Assembly: GCF_009914755.1 (NCBI RefSeq) | Contig: NC_060927.1 | Strand: one strand, 5' to 3' | Length of the DNA stretch: 64,000 nucleotides | Source of the DNA: the human T2T-CHM13v2.0 reference genome, Homo sapiens | Part shown: positions 1 to 11,791 of the stretch, piece by piece | Layout of the letters: each line of letters starts with the position of its first letter | Numbering within the stretch: the stretch's first letter is position 1 | Position numbers and translations under genes: made by a program | The notes under the pieces: model-generated | What the model was told of the DNA's origin: nothing | The model's input: the letters and a program-made list of their open reading frames with translations, nothing else | The model's database searches: none

Positions 1-1435
1 ACATAAAGGAGCAGCCACAGGAATAGTAGTTTGTGTTGTGAGAGGTCCAAATATGGGGGAAGTAGAGTTGATATAAGGAGAAAGGTTTTTTAAGTAAGTG
101 CAGAGGAGGGCGGCAGATTGCTGATGTGAAATGTCTGGGAAGGTCTTGCTGGACCTGTCTAAAAAGTAAATGAGTTCTTCAGGAGGGTAAAGGTGAGGGC
201 TGTTAAAGGAAGTTTGGAGATGTAGGGAGACAGGAGATGTTGCCTAGTCTGCACGTAAGGTGGGGAGATGTTGCCTAGTCTGCATGTAAGGTGGGGACAG
301 CTGTGTAGGCACTGGAAGAAAGGGAAATGCAAAGCCAGTGGTTGTTCGCTAAGGAGGGATTAGAAACGGCTAGGAGAGAATGAGTAAGGTTGATAGTGTG
401 GTAGAGATAGCTGGGGAGAGGTAGAGGGTGGCATAAGAATGGGAATGAGAATGAGTGAGTATAAAACTATAGAAGTTCATCAGGGTGAAAGTATTGAAGG
501 GTCCCCTGCCAGCAAAGATTATCTATCCACTCTAAGAGGGAGTTAAGAGTTGCCAGTCCTGGGCGGGGGCAAATCCTCGAGCTTGATGTGTAGGAAGGGA
601 GGGGGCCTGAATACTCCCTGAGGAGTAGTAGAATAGCAGATGGAACACTGAGAAGTTATTTCCTTGAGGATAGATTTCCACAATGGAAAGGAAATGAGAG
701 GTTCTAAAAGGCGGGCTGGTGGCTTGTACTATAGCATAGCCTGCCCTTGCTGGTGTGTGGCGATTAGGCCTGATGGAACTACCATCAATAAACCAAGTGT
801 GTTCAGGGAGAGGAACAGGAAAGAAGGAAATATGGGGAAATGGGGTGAATGTCAGGTGAATCAGAGAGATACAGTCATAGGGTCAGCTGTGGTATCCAGA
901 ATACTGTGGGAGGCCGGATTGAAGTCTGGGCCAGGAACAATGGTAATTGTGGGAGACTCAACAAAGAGTGAGTATAGCTGAAGGAGTTGGGGAGCAGAAA
1001 GTACATGCATCAGGTGTGAGAAAGAAAATAGATTTTGGGAGTTATGAGAACTGTAGAGAGTGAGTTGAGCATAGTTTGTGATTTTAAGGGCCTCTAAAAG
1101 TATTAGGGCAGCGGCAGCTGCTGCATGCAGACATGAGGGCTAGGCTAAAACAGTAAGGTCAAGTTGTTTGGACAGAAAGGCTACAGGGTGCAGTCCCGGC
1201 TCTTGTGTAAGAATTCTGACCGCACTAACCATGCCTAGGAAGGAAAGGAGTTGTTTTGTAGAAGGTGTTGGGATTTGAGAGATCAGTCGGACACGATCAG
1301 CAGGGAGAGCACCTGTGTTTTTATGAGAATTATGCCGAGATAGGTAACAGATGAGGAAGAAATTTGGGCTTGACTGAAGTAATAGGAGCTGTCTGTGAAG
1401 CCTTGTGGCAGGACAGCCTAGGTAATTTGCTGAGC

Positions 1436-1765
1436 CTAATGGGTGTCAGGGACAGTCCAAGTGAAAGCGAAGAAAGGCTGGGATGAAGGGTGCAAAGGAA
1501 TAGTAAAGAAAGCATGTTTGAGATCCAGAACAGAATAATGGGTTGTGGAGGGAGATATTGAGGATAGGAGAGTATATGGGTTTGGCACCATGGGGTGGAT
1601 AGGCAAAACAATTTGGTTGATAAGGCATAGATCCTGAACTAACTTGTAAGGCTTGTCTGGTTTTAGGACAGGTAAAATGGGGGAATTGTAAGGAGAGTTT
1701 ATAGGCTTTAAAAGCCTTGCTGTAGCAGGCGAGTGATAATAGGCTTTAATCTTTTTAAAGCGCAC
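1436..1765 (-). pseudogene. HERV-H reverse transcriptase fragment (inactive)
   Basis: Class I ERV RT motifs in the ORF track; canonical LDLKDAFF reads LDLKHAFF (catalytic Asp lost); frame ends early. Confidence 0.9.
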
Positions 1766-2036
1766 TGCAGGATGGGATATTGGCGTTGAGTGCGGTAAGG
1801 GTGATTAGGTTTTAATGAGATGGTAAGGGGTGCATGATTGGTCGCCAAGGAGGGAGTAGAGGTATCTTATACTTGTGGGGTAAGGTGGGGAGATACAAGG
1901 GGAGGATGTGAAGGAGGCTTTGAACTAGGGGGAAAGGTGGCAATGAGGTGTGGCTCTAGCCCAGAAATAGTCAGGGAAGCAGATAATTTAGTTAAAATAT
2001 CTTGGCCTAATAAGGGAGCTGGGCAGGTGGGGATAA

Positions 2037-2246
2037 CTAAAAGGATTGCTTAAAAGAGTATCGTCTAAGTTGGCACCAGAGATGGGGAGTTTTAAGAGGT
2101 TTAGAAGCCTGGCTGTCAATACCCACAACAGTTATGGAGGCAAGGGAAACAGGCCCTTGAAAAGAAGGTAATATGGAGTGGGTAGCCTCCGTATTGATTA
2201 AGAAGGGGACAGACTTACCTTCCACCGTGAGAGTTACCCAGAGCAC
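2037..2246 (-). pseudogene. HERV-H protease fragment (inactive)
   Basis: Retropepsin-like translation; active-site DTGA reads NTEA. Confidence 0.85.
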
Positions 2247-2996
2247 CTGTGATGGTCCTATAGGCTTCCGAGGTGATCGGGCAGTGTCAGTCTTCAGCTG
2301 CTAAGCTGAGAAGATCTGGGAAGGAGTCAGTCAGTGAGCCTCGGGCCAGAGTTCCAGGAGCTCTGGGAGTGGCTGCCAGGTGAGTTGAACAGTCCGATTT
2401 TCAGTGGGGTCCCGCACAGATGGGACATGGCTTAGGTGGAATCCTGGGCTGTGGGCATTCCTTGGCCTTGTGGCCAGATTTCTGGCACTTGTAGCAAGCT
2501 CCTGGGGGAGGCGGTTCTGGAGGAATGCCTGGCCGCTGTGGTTCAGACATTTGGAAGTTCTTGTGTGCATGTGGCTGGGGTTTGTCTTAGAGTGGAGGCA
2601 AGGAATTGCAACTTTTTTCTATTATTGTACACCTTGAAGGCGAGGTTAATTAAGTCCTGTTGTGGGGTTTGAGGGCCAGAATTTAATTTTTGGAGTTTCA
2701 TTTAATGTCGGGAGCAGATTGGGTAATAAAATAAAATGCACATGGAGAATAAGACAGCCTTCTGACCTTTCAGGGTCTAGGGCTGTAAATCGTGTCAGGG
2801 TTGCTGCCAAACAAACCATGAACTGGGCTGGGTTTTTATATTCGATGAAAAAGAGCCTAAATGCTAACTGATTTTGGGAGAGGTCAGATAAAGAAAGAGG
2901 AGCATCAACCTTGACTATGACTTTAGCTTCAGCCACCTTTTTAAGGGAACAAAGAGCAGGAGGACAGGGGATTGATCTCCCAAGGGAGGTCCCCCG

Positions 2997-3014
2997 ATCC
3001 TAGTCACGGCACCA
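2997..3014 (-). promoter_or_regulatory. Retroviral primer-binding site complementary to tRNA-His
   Basis: Minus strand TGGTGCCGTGACTAGGAT just inside the LTR; 17/18 match to the complement of the tRNA-His 3' end (TGGTGCCGTGACTCGGAT). Confidence 0.95.
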
Positions 3015-3016
3015 AA

Positions 3017-3427
3017 TTTCACTCGCGGCCCTGTGAAGAGACCAGCAAACAGGCTTTGTGTGAGCAACAAGGCTGTTTATTTCACCTGGGTGCAGGCGGG
3101 CTGAGTCTGAAAAGAGAGTCAGGGAAGGGAGATAAGGGTAGGGCCATTTTACAAGATTTGGGTAGGTAAAGGAAAATTACACTTGAAGGGGGGTTCTCTG
3201 GCAGGCAGGAGTGGGGGTCACAAGGTGCTCAGTAGGGGAGGTTTTGAGCCAGGATGAGCCAGGAGAAGGAATTTCACAAGATAATGTCATCAGTTAAGGC
3301 AGGAACAGGCCATTTTCACTTCTTTTGTGGTGGAATGTCATCAGTTAAGGCAGGAACCGGCCATCTGGATGTGCACGTGCAGGTCACAGGGGATATGATG
3401 GCTTAGCTTGGGCTCAGAGGCCTGACA
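3017..3427 (-). mobile_element. HERV-H 5' LTR (LTR7 family)
   Basis: Minus strand starts TGTCAGGCCTCTGAGCCCAAGCTAAGCCATCATATCCCCTGTGACCTGCAC and ends ...GAGTGAAA before the PBS. Internal direct repeat aatgtcatcagttaaggcaggaac at ~3283 and ~3334. Confidence 0.95.
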
Positions 3428-4347
3428 GGTATGGTTTTATAAATGTATACATATTCAAAACTTAGTTTATGGTACACTTTAAATATATACAGTTTATTGG
3501 AAGTCAATTATAGCCCAATAAAGCTTTAAAAAACAAAAAAGTTGTCTTTGCAAACAGAAAGTTTTTTTTGTTTATTCCAACATAACTCTTCTCCCTCTAT
3601 AGATAACCGTTTTAAAATTTGATATAATTTATATTATTTGTTAAATTAGTAGCATTCCATACACAAGTTCTTCCACCCTGCTTTCTCACAGTGATATATC
3701 CTGAGTCACAGCAATACATGGATATAGTCTTCATTCCTTTTTCCAGTTGCATAATTCCTTATTATGCAAATATGCCATGGTTTATTAATTTTTAAATATT
3801 AATCATATTTTTTAGTTATTTTTGATATTTAAATACATACATAACATAACATAAAATAATGGTGCAAAGGGTTGTCTTGATTATTATTTTTATACTTTTG
3901 GTAGTGGACTTTTGTAATATATGCTTTGAAATGGTTTTTCTGAATGAAAGTGCAATGATTTCTGATTGGAAATGCCATGTAAGTTTGCTAGAGTTGGCCA
4001 AATTCTCTTTCACAGGGATTGTAACATTGTATTCCCACTATCAACAAATTAAGTGCCTGTTTTCCCACATCCTGACCCATGAAGTTTGTTTTCCAATGAT
4101 TGAATCTTTGCCTGGGTGAAAAATGTGGCATTTTATTATAGCCATTTTGCTATATGACTAGACACGTGTCAATATCTGGACAATTTGGCAAAAATAGAAC
4201 ACCCCTGTATTCTTGCTGTTATATGCCAAAAACTTGATACTTCATAGTAGCCTTAAATTACCAAATGATAGGTGTCATGGGCTGAATCGTGCTGCCCCCC
4301 ACCCCTCACCAAAATTCATATATTGAAGTCTCAAAATCTATTGAAAT

Positions 4348-4390
4348 GCCATTAATGGTCAAAACTGAATTACTTTTGCAACAATCTAAA
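4348..4390. mobile_element. MADE1 (Hsmar1 MITE) fragment
   Basis: gccattaatggtcaaaactgaattacttttgcaacaatctaa resembles the MADE1 arm ATGGCAAAAACCGCAATTACTTTTGCACCAACCTAA. Confidence 0.6.
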
Positions 4391-4589
4391 AGTACATCAT
4401 AATGTAATTGTATTTGGAAATAGGGTCTTTAAATAAGTAATTAAGGTTAAATAAGGTCATATGGATGGGCCCTAATCCATGTGACTATATTTGGAGATAG
4501 GACCTCCTAAGAGGTGATGGAGCTAAAATGATGCCAATAGGGTGGAGCCCTAATTTCATATGACTGGTGACCTTGTAAGAAGAGAAACA

Positions 4590-4700
4590 CAGCTACTTGG
4601 GAGACTGAGGTGAGAGGATCACTTGAGCCCAGGAATTTTAGGTTACAGTGAGCTATGATCCCTCCACTGCACTCTAGCCTGGGTGACAGGAAAAGACCCC

Positions 4701-4734
<34 letters not shown>

Positions 4735-4752
4735 GAAACGAAAAAGAAAAGA
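4590..4752 (+). mobile_element. 5'-truncated AluJ/FRAM right monomer with poly(A)
   Basis: agctacttgggagactgaggtgagaggatcacttgagcccagg...ctagcctgggtgacag followed by a long A tract. Confidence 0.85.
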
Positions 4753-4804
4753 AACAGACACCAAAAATATTCATGCACAAAATAAAGGCCATGCAAGGAC
4801 ATAG

Positions 4805-5564
4805 TGTCGATGAAAAGAGTCAAACTCTGTAAAATGTTTAAAGAAATTTTTTCTGAGCCAAATATGAGTGAACATGGTCTGGGGACACAGCCGTCAGGAG
4901 ATCCTGAGAACATGTGCCCAAGGTGGTTGGGGCACAGCTTGGTTTTATACATTTTAGAGAGTCATGAGACATCAATCAAACACATTTAAGAAATATATTG
5001 GTTTAGTCCAGAAAGGCTGGGAAATTCAAAGGTGGGGTAGGGCGGGGGAGATTCCAGGCTATAGGTGAATTTAAACATTTTGTGGTTGACAATTGGTTGA
5101 GTTTGACTAAAGATTGAAAGAAAGAAAGGGATTGAAAGAAAGGGAAAGTAAGATAAAGACTATGGAGATCAAAGTTCTTTTGCAGTTTTATAGTGGCTGC
5201 CCTTAAAGACAATAGATGACAAATGTTTCTTATTCATATCTTGGTTAATCTCCTTAGGATTGGGAGGGTCTGGAAGAAAAAGATCCAGCTATGTTAACAG
5301 AGGTTCTCTACAGATGCAAATTTCCCCCCAAAAAGAATAGCCTTGGAGGGCCATTTCAAAATATGGCAAATAAACAAGTTTTGGGGTAAAATATTTTGAT
5401 TTTCTTCCTTGTCTCATAATGCTATGTCAGAGTCAGGAAAGTAAGTCATAATATATAGGGTTAAATAAAACCCATCTGATGAGAATTTATGCTTTGTAGA
5501 GCAGGACTCCCAGCCCCTTAGATAGGAATTTGGGCAAGATAAAAGAATCAGAGTTTTGTCCTCA
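4805..5564 (-). mobile_element. MER4-group ERV1 solo LTR (MER4D/E-like)
   Basis: Minus strand begins TGAGGACAAAACTCTGATTCTTTTATCTTGCCCAAATTCCTATCTAAGGGG; TG...CA ends; 4-bp TSD ATAG at 4801-4804 and 5565-5568. Confidence 0.85.
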
Positions 5565-5978
5565 ATAGCAGGAAGGAAGCCATCTGCAAGCCAAGGACAG
5601 AGGCCTCAGAAGAAATCAAACCTACTTGATCTTGGACTTTTAACCTTCAGAATTTTTGAGAAAATATATTTTTGTTGTTTATGCCACCTAGTCTTTAATA
5701 CTTTTTAAAAATGATAGCCCTAGCAAACTAATACAGTGGATTTACCATGTATTAAATACTGAAGTCTTCAAGAATCTGGCCATTGCTCCATTCAAAAATT
5801 GGTAGTTACTACCAATAAGTGAAGGTCTCATAGACATAATTCAGAAAATGGAATAAAAATGTTGATATTCTAACAATGAGGCAGGAAACAAGATATTACA
5901 TGCCCACCATGCACTACTCAAAGTGTCAACTAGCGCTAGCCAAAATAAGCGTTGTTTCAATCATACCTTCTTCAAATC

Positions 5979-6150
5979 CAGTGAGTCTCAAAGTGTGGGA
6001 GCAGCATCTCCGGAAAGTTGTTAGAAATTCACATCTAAAACCCCACTCGAGGGACACTAAATAAAAAACTTTGGTGGTACGCTCCAGAAGTTTGTGTTTT
6101 AATAAATCTTCCAGGTGATCTCAATACACTTTCAGGTTTGAGAGCCACTG
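5979..6150. mobile_element. MER5-type hAT MITE
   Basis: cagtgagtctcaaagtgtgg...ttgttagaaat...tgtgttttaataaatcttccaggtgat...tttgagagccactg with terminal inverted similarity. Confidence 0.7.
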
Positions 6151-6598
6151 TTCTAATCCACCTCCACCAACCACCAGATTAAACTATAGATCTAAAATTC
6201 AGGATTGCTTATGACTGCTCCTCCTTGTTCAACACAATTCAGTAAGTTGTTTGTAACCCACAAGATTATCACTAGGATTTATACTAGGAGAAGTGGTCAA
6301 ATGCTTATGGGTTAGGAATTGATTTCCATAGGTTTGAATCTCAGCTCTACCATTTATTCACTCCGTGTTCATGGAAAAATTAACTTCCTCACACATAGGT
6401 GAGGTAATGGGGTAAATAATCTTTAGCTCAACGGCTTACTAAGAGGATCAAAATCAGTTGATACACATAAAATGCTTCTAACACAGCACATTGTATAGCA
6501 AGTGGCCGAGATGTATTCCCTGCTATTAGTAGTATCATTATACCACATCTTCCTTTTCATTTGCCATATTCCATCTCATATTTTTGTTCCAGTAATAC

Positions 6599-8240
6599 TG
6601 TGTCTGGAATTGGTGGGTTCTTGGTCTCACTGACTTCAAGAATGAAGCCACGGACCCTCGTGGTGAGTGTCACAGTTCTTAAAGGCGGCGTGTCCAGAGT
6701 TCGTTCCTTCTGATGTTTGGATGTGTTCGAGTTTCTTCCTTCTGGTGGGTTCGTGGTCTCACTGGCTCAGGAGTGGAGCTGCAGACCTTCACGGTGAGTG
6801 TTACAGCTCTTAAGGCGGTGTGTCTGGAGTTGTTTGTTCCTCCCAGTGGGTTCGTGGTCTCACTGGCTTCAGGAGTGAAGCTGTAGACCTTTGCGGTGAG
6901 TGTTACAGTTCATAAAGGAAGTGTGGACCCAAAGAGTGAGCAGTAGCAAGATTTATTGCAAAGAACGAAAGAACAAAGCTTCCACAGTGTGGAAGGGGAC
7001 CCAAGCGGGTTGCCACTGCTGGCTCGGGAAGCCTGCTTTTATTCCCTAATCTGGCCCCACCCACATCCTGCTGATTGGTCCATTTTACAGAGAGCCGATT
7101 GGTCTGTTTTACGGAGAGCTGATTGGTCCGTTTTGACAGGGTGCTGATTGGTGCGTTTACAATCCCTGAGCTAGACACAAAAGTTCTCCACCTCCCCACT
7201 AGATTAGCTAGATACAGAGTGTCGGTTGGTGTATTTACAAACCTCGAGCTAGACAGAGAGTGCTGATTGGTGCATTCACAATCCCTTAGCTAGACATAAA
7301 GATTCTCCAAGTCCCCATCAGATTAGCTAGACACAGAGTGCTGATTGGTGCATTTACAAACCTTGAGCTAGACACACAGTGCTGATTGGTGCATTTACAA
7401 ACCTTGAGCTAGATACAGAGTGTTGACTGGTGCATTCACAATCCCTTAGCTAGACATAAAGGTTCTCCAAGTCCCTACCGGATTAAATAGATACAGAGTG
7501 CTGACTGGTGCATTCACAAACCCTGAACTGGACACAGGGTGCTGATTGGTGTGTTTACTAACCTTGAGCTAGGTACAGAGTGCTGATTGGTGTATTTATA
7601 ATCCCTTAGCTAGACATAAAGATTCTCCAAGTCACCACCAGACTCAGGAGCCCAGCTGGCTTCACCCAGTGGATGCCACACCGGGGCTGCAGGTGGAGCT
7701 GCCTGCCAGTCCCACGCCGTGCGCCCGCAGTCCTCAGTCCTTGGGCGGTCAATGGGACTGCACGCCGTGGAGCAGGGGGTGGCGCTTGTTGAGGAGGCTT
7801 GGGCCGTGCAGGAGCCCACGGCGGGTGGGGGGAGGCTCAGGCATGGCAGGCTGCAGGTCCCGAGCCCTGCCCCACGGGGAGGCAGCTAAGGCCCGGCGAG
7901 AAATTGAGCACAGCAGCTGCTGGCCCAGGTGCTAAGCCCCTCACTGCCCAGGGCTGGTGGAGCTGGCCGGCTGCTCTGAGGGTGGGGTCCGCCAAGCCCA
8001 CGCCCACCCAGAACTCATGCTGGCCCACAAGCGCCATATGCAGCCCCGTTCCTGTCTGCGCCTCTCCCTCCACACCTCCCCGCAAGCTGAGGGAGCCAGC
8101 TTCGGCCTTGGCCAGCCCAGAAAGGGGCTCCCACAGTGCAGTGGCAGGCTGAAGGGCTCGGCCAGAGTGGGCGCCAAGGCCGAAGAGGCGCTGAGAGCAA
8201 GCAAGGGCTGCAAGGGCTGCCAGCATGCTGTCACCTCTCA
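6599..8240 (-). mobile_element. LTR12C (ERV9) solo LTR
   Basis: Minus strand begins TGAGAGGTGACAGC and ends CCAATTCCAGACACA; 4-bp TSD ATAC at 6595-6598 and 8241-8244. GC-rich U3, tandem CCAAT repeats and tandem U5 repeats. Confidence 0.95.
7038..7630 (-). promoter_or_regulatory. LTR12 enhancer/promoter: NF-Y (CCAAT) repeat array and AATAAA TATA-like box
   Basis: Nine gattgg (CCAATC on the minus strand) between 7072 and 7590, many in ~41-bp repeats; GGAATAAAAGCAGGC at ~7031-7045 on the minus strand. Confidence 0.75.
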
Positions 8241-8386
8241 ATACTGAACTACTCGTGGTTACCCTGCTTGTTTATTCTTTTACTTATACTATGCCTTTCC
8301 TTGTGTTATTTCCACTGCCTCAAATTCTCTCTCTTGTCCTTTGTAGTCTAGATTATGTTTATTCATTTTTTGACAAAACCCAATTA

Positions 8387-10674
8387 CAGAAACACCTTGT
8401 TTTATTGTGCTTTGCTTTATTGTAATATACAAATATTGATTTTTTACAAATTAACGATTTGTGCTAACCCTGCATCAAGCAGTTTTTTTAGTGCCATTTT
8501 TCCAAAAACATGCTCACTTGATGTCTCTGTGTCACATTTGAGCAATTGTCATACTATTTCAAGCTTTTTAATTATTTTTTTATCTGTTATGATGATATGT
8601 GTTCAGAGATCTTTGATGTTACTATTGTAATTGTTTGTGGGTACCATTAACTGTGCCCATGTAAGATGGCAAACAATCAACAAATGTACTGTGTATACTA
8701 AATTCTCCACCAACCAGCCATTTTTCTGTCTCTTTCCCTCTTTTTGAGCCTTTCTATTCCCTGAGTCATAACAATATAGAAATTAGGCCAATTAATAACC
8801 CTAAATGGCCTCTAAGTGTTCAAGTGAAAGGAAAAGTCACCATCTATCAATTTAAATCAAAATGTAGAAATGATGAAGCTTAGTAAGGAAGGCATGTCAA
8901 AAGCTGAGACAGGCTAAAAACTTGTGAAGTCAAAGGAAAAGTTTAAATGAAATTAAAAGTACTGCTCCAGTGAACACACATATGGAAAAAAAGTAAAATG
9001 GCCTTCCTGCTGATATGGAGAAAGTTTTAGTGGTCTGGATAGAAGACCAAATCAGCGACAATATTCCCTGAAGCCAAAGCCTAATCCAGAGCAAGGTTCT
9101 AACTCACTTCAATGCCATGAAGGCTGAGAGACATGAGGAAGCTGCAAAAGACAAGTCTGAAGCTAGCAGAGGTTGGTTCATGAAGTTTAAAGAAATAAGT
9201 CATCTCCACAACATATAAGTAAAAGGGGTGAAGCAGCAAGTACTGATGTAGAAGCTGCAGCAAGTGATCCAAAAGATCCATCCAAGATCATTGATGAAGG
9301 TGGCTACACTAAGCGATATATTTTCAATGTAGATGAAACAGCCTTCTATTGGAAGAAGATGCCATGTAAGACTTTCACAACTGGAGAGAAGTCACTATTT
9401 GGCTTCAAATCTTCAAAGGACAGATGGACTCTCTTTTTAGGGAATAAGGCAGCTGATGACTTTTACTTGAAGCCAATGCTCATTTGCCATGTTGAAAATC
9501 CTAGGGTTTTAATAATTGTGTTAAATCTACTCTGTCTGTGCTCTATAAATGGAATAAAGCCTGGGTGACAGCACATTTGTTTACGGCATAGTTTACTGAA
9601 TATTTCAAGCCCCTTGTTGAGATCTACCACTCACACAAAAATACTCCTTTCAAAGTATTACTGCTCATTAACAATGTACCTAGTCATCCAATAACTATGA
9701 TAGGGATGTACAAGATTTATGTTGTTTTCATGCCTATTAACACCCATTCTGTAGCCTACAAATCAAGAAGTAATTTTAACTTTCAAGTATTATTAGTTAA
9801 GAAATACGTGTTGAAGCCTTTTAGAAAGAATTTACTATTATGGATGCATTTATGGATATTTGTGATTCATGGGAGGAGGTCAAAATATCAACATTAACAA
9901 GTTTGGAAAAAGTTGATTCCAACCCCTATGGATGACTTTGAGGAGTTCAAGCTTCAGTGGAGGAAGTCCCTGAAGATGTGGTAGAAATTCCAAGAGAGCT
10001 AGAATTAAAAGTAGACCCTGAAGATGTGCCTAGATTGCTGCAATGTCATGAGAAAATTTTATGGATGAAAAATTTCTTCTTATGGATGAGCAAAGAAAGT
10101 GGTTTCTTGATATGGAACCTACTCTTGGTGAAAATGCCGGGAACATTGTTAAAATGACAACAAAGGATTCAGAACATTACATAAACTTAGTTGACAAGGT
10201 AGTGGCAGGGATTGGGAAGACTGAGTGCACTTTGGAAGAGGTTCTTCCATGGGTAAAATGCTACCAAACACCATCACATGTTACAGAGAATTTTTTTTGT
10301 GAAAGGAAGTCTATCAACGTGGCTGACTTTATTGTCTTATTTTAAGAAATTGCCACAGCCACCCCAACCACCACACTGATCAGTCGGTAGGCATTAACAT
10401 CCAGGCAAGACACTTTGTCAGCAAAAAGATCACAACTTGCTGAAGGCTCAAATCATTGTTAGCATTTTTTAGCAGTAAAGTATTTTTAAATTAAGGTCTG
10501 TACATTGTTTTTTAGACACCATGCTACTGAACATTTAATAGACTACAGTATAGTATAAACATAACGGTTATATGCACTGGGAAATCAAAAAATTTGTATC
10601 CCTCACTTTATTGTAAAATTCACTTTATTGTGGTGATCTCAAACTGAATAAGCAATATCTCCAAGTCATGCCTG
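8387..10674 (+). mobile_element. Tigger1 DNA transposon, near full length, degenerate transposase
   Basis: Starts TA|cagaaacaccttgttttattg and ends ...caagtcatgcctg (degenerate CAGGCATACCTCG TIRs). Transposase fragment GFKSSKDRWTLFLGNKAADDFYLKPMLICHVENPR (9359-9568); many frameshifts. Confidence 0.93.
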
Positions 10675-10774
10675 TCTTATTCCCTCCCAGAACTTCTCAT
10701 ACCTCTTTTACAACTCACTACAACCGATTTGGGGAGTCATGCTCTGTGTTTTCTTAGTATCTGTACTTAACTCT

Positions 10775-11165
10775 GGGTTGCAGAGGCTATCCAGATGCTC
10801 ATAAACCACTTCATTCTTCTTCGTGTGCTCATAGCTCAATGGCATATTCCAGTCTCCCTGGCAATTAGGTGAGGCTATGTATTTGCTTTCTGGCAGTGAG
10901 ATACAAGCAGAAGTGACACGTGACTTACCAGCTCTGGCCTTGGAAAACCTTTCTAGTATAATCCTCCATCCTGTTTGTGTGCTACTCTGTAGATTAAGCA
11001 AACATTTTCAGAGAAGGGCAGACTCATAAGACAAAAGGATCCTGGGTGCTAAATAAACGTGGAGGTCATTCACCTGCCCATTAGGAACATATAGGTTGAA
11101 GTTATGAAAAAATATTAAAATACTGGGATTTTATGTGTTATAGTAATTAGCATTACTTCCAAAAT
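10775..11165 (+). mobile_element. Ancient ERVL LTR (LTR16-like)
   Basis: ccagtctccctggcaattaggtgaggctatgt...ttctggcagtgagatacaagcagaagtgacacgtg resembles the LTR16 core; boundaries approximate. Confidence 0.55.
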
Positions 11166-11791
11166 ACCCACTGATTATACTGAAAACATTGTATTGAAAT
11201 TATATTTTTATATATAAAAATATATTTGAAAGATCGAAACTTTCAAAAATTCCAGAAGTAACTTTCCTTTCTAGGGATGCCTTATCACATATTATTTTCC
11301 CAAATATTTATTTTGTTTTATAAAAGTCTTTAGGTTTTTTCATTTGAATAAGTACCCTAGTTTTTAATGGAAGGGATAAAGTGATTTTTCTTTAAACAAT
11401 GAGGTAGTGTATGATTTGATCCAAAATAAAATACCAGTGGCTTGTTATCTTCCAAAGAGAACTCTACAGTCCTTTGCTTGCACATTCCTTATTAGTCTCC
11501 TTGGCAACAGGTAATCACTTGTTTCCCTTAAATAGATGAGATGCCAACAAATATGTAATAGTGGTTTGATACATCAGCAAAGAAAAGTGCTATAATGACA
11601 GCATAATAAATCTGAACATGAAAAGTTAATAGTCACATTAGTGACAGCCTAACTATAGTGTGAGAAGCACACGGAGCTTGAATTTTCTGCTTCCATTTCA
11701 TTCTTTTTGTGACACTTGGTTCTTCCTAGAATGCTCTCCTCCTCTCTCCCTCCCTTTGCGTAGCCTGAAACCTATAAAGGAATAAAAACCT

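Larger units (their letters stand above)
1..3016 (-). mobile_element. HERV-H internal region (degenerate gag-pro-pol), continuing past the left edge of the window
   Basis: Minus-strand remnants: NC zinc knuckles CYKCQKSGHKAKEC...CPICAGPH*KSDC (~2390-2500), protease TLTVEGKSVPFLINTEATHS (2037-2246), RT SPYNSPILPVLKPDKPYKLVQDL...YSVLDLKHAFFTIPL (1436-1765). Frames are broken by stops and frameshifts. Confidence 0.95.
4273..5735 (+). mobile_element. MaLR LTR (MLT1A/B-like), split by younger insertions
   Basis: Starts tgtcatgggctgaat, contains tatttggaaatagggtcttt and gccatctgcaagccaagg...agaggcctcagaagaaatcaa, ends gccctagcaaactaataca. Confidence 0.8.

Noticed and set aside
2997-3014. tRNA-His gene
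   Set aside because: Only the 18-nt 3' end including CCA matches, directly beside an LTR, so it is the retroviral PBS.
7070-7630. CRISPR-like or novel regularly spaced repeat array
   Set aside because: These are the standard tandem U3 enhancer repeats of LTR12; there are no unique spacers and the context is eukaryotic.
7610-8247. Cluster of overlapping 60-134 aa ORFs
   Set aside because: They lie in the GC-rich U3 of LTR12C, where stop codons are rare on both strands; no protein motifs.
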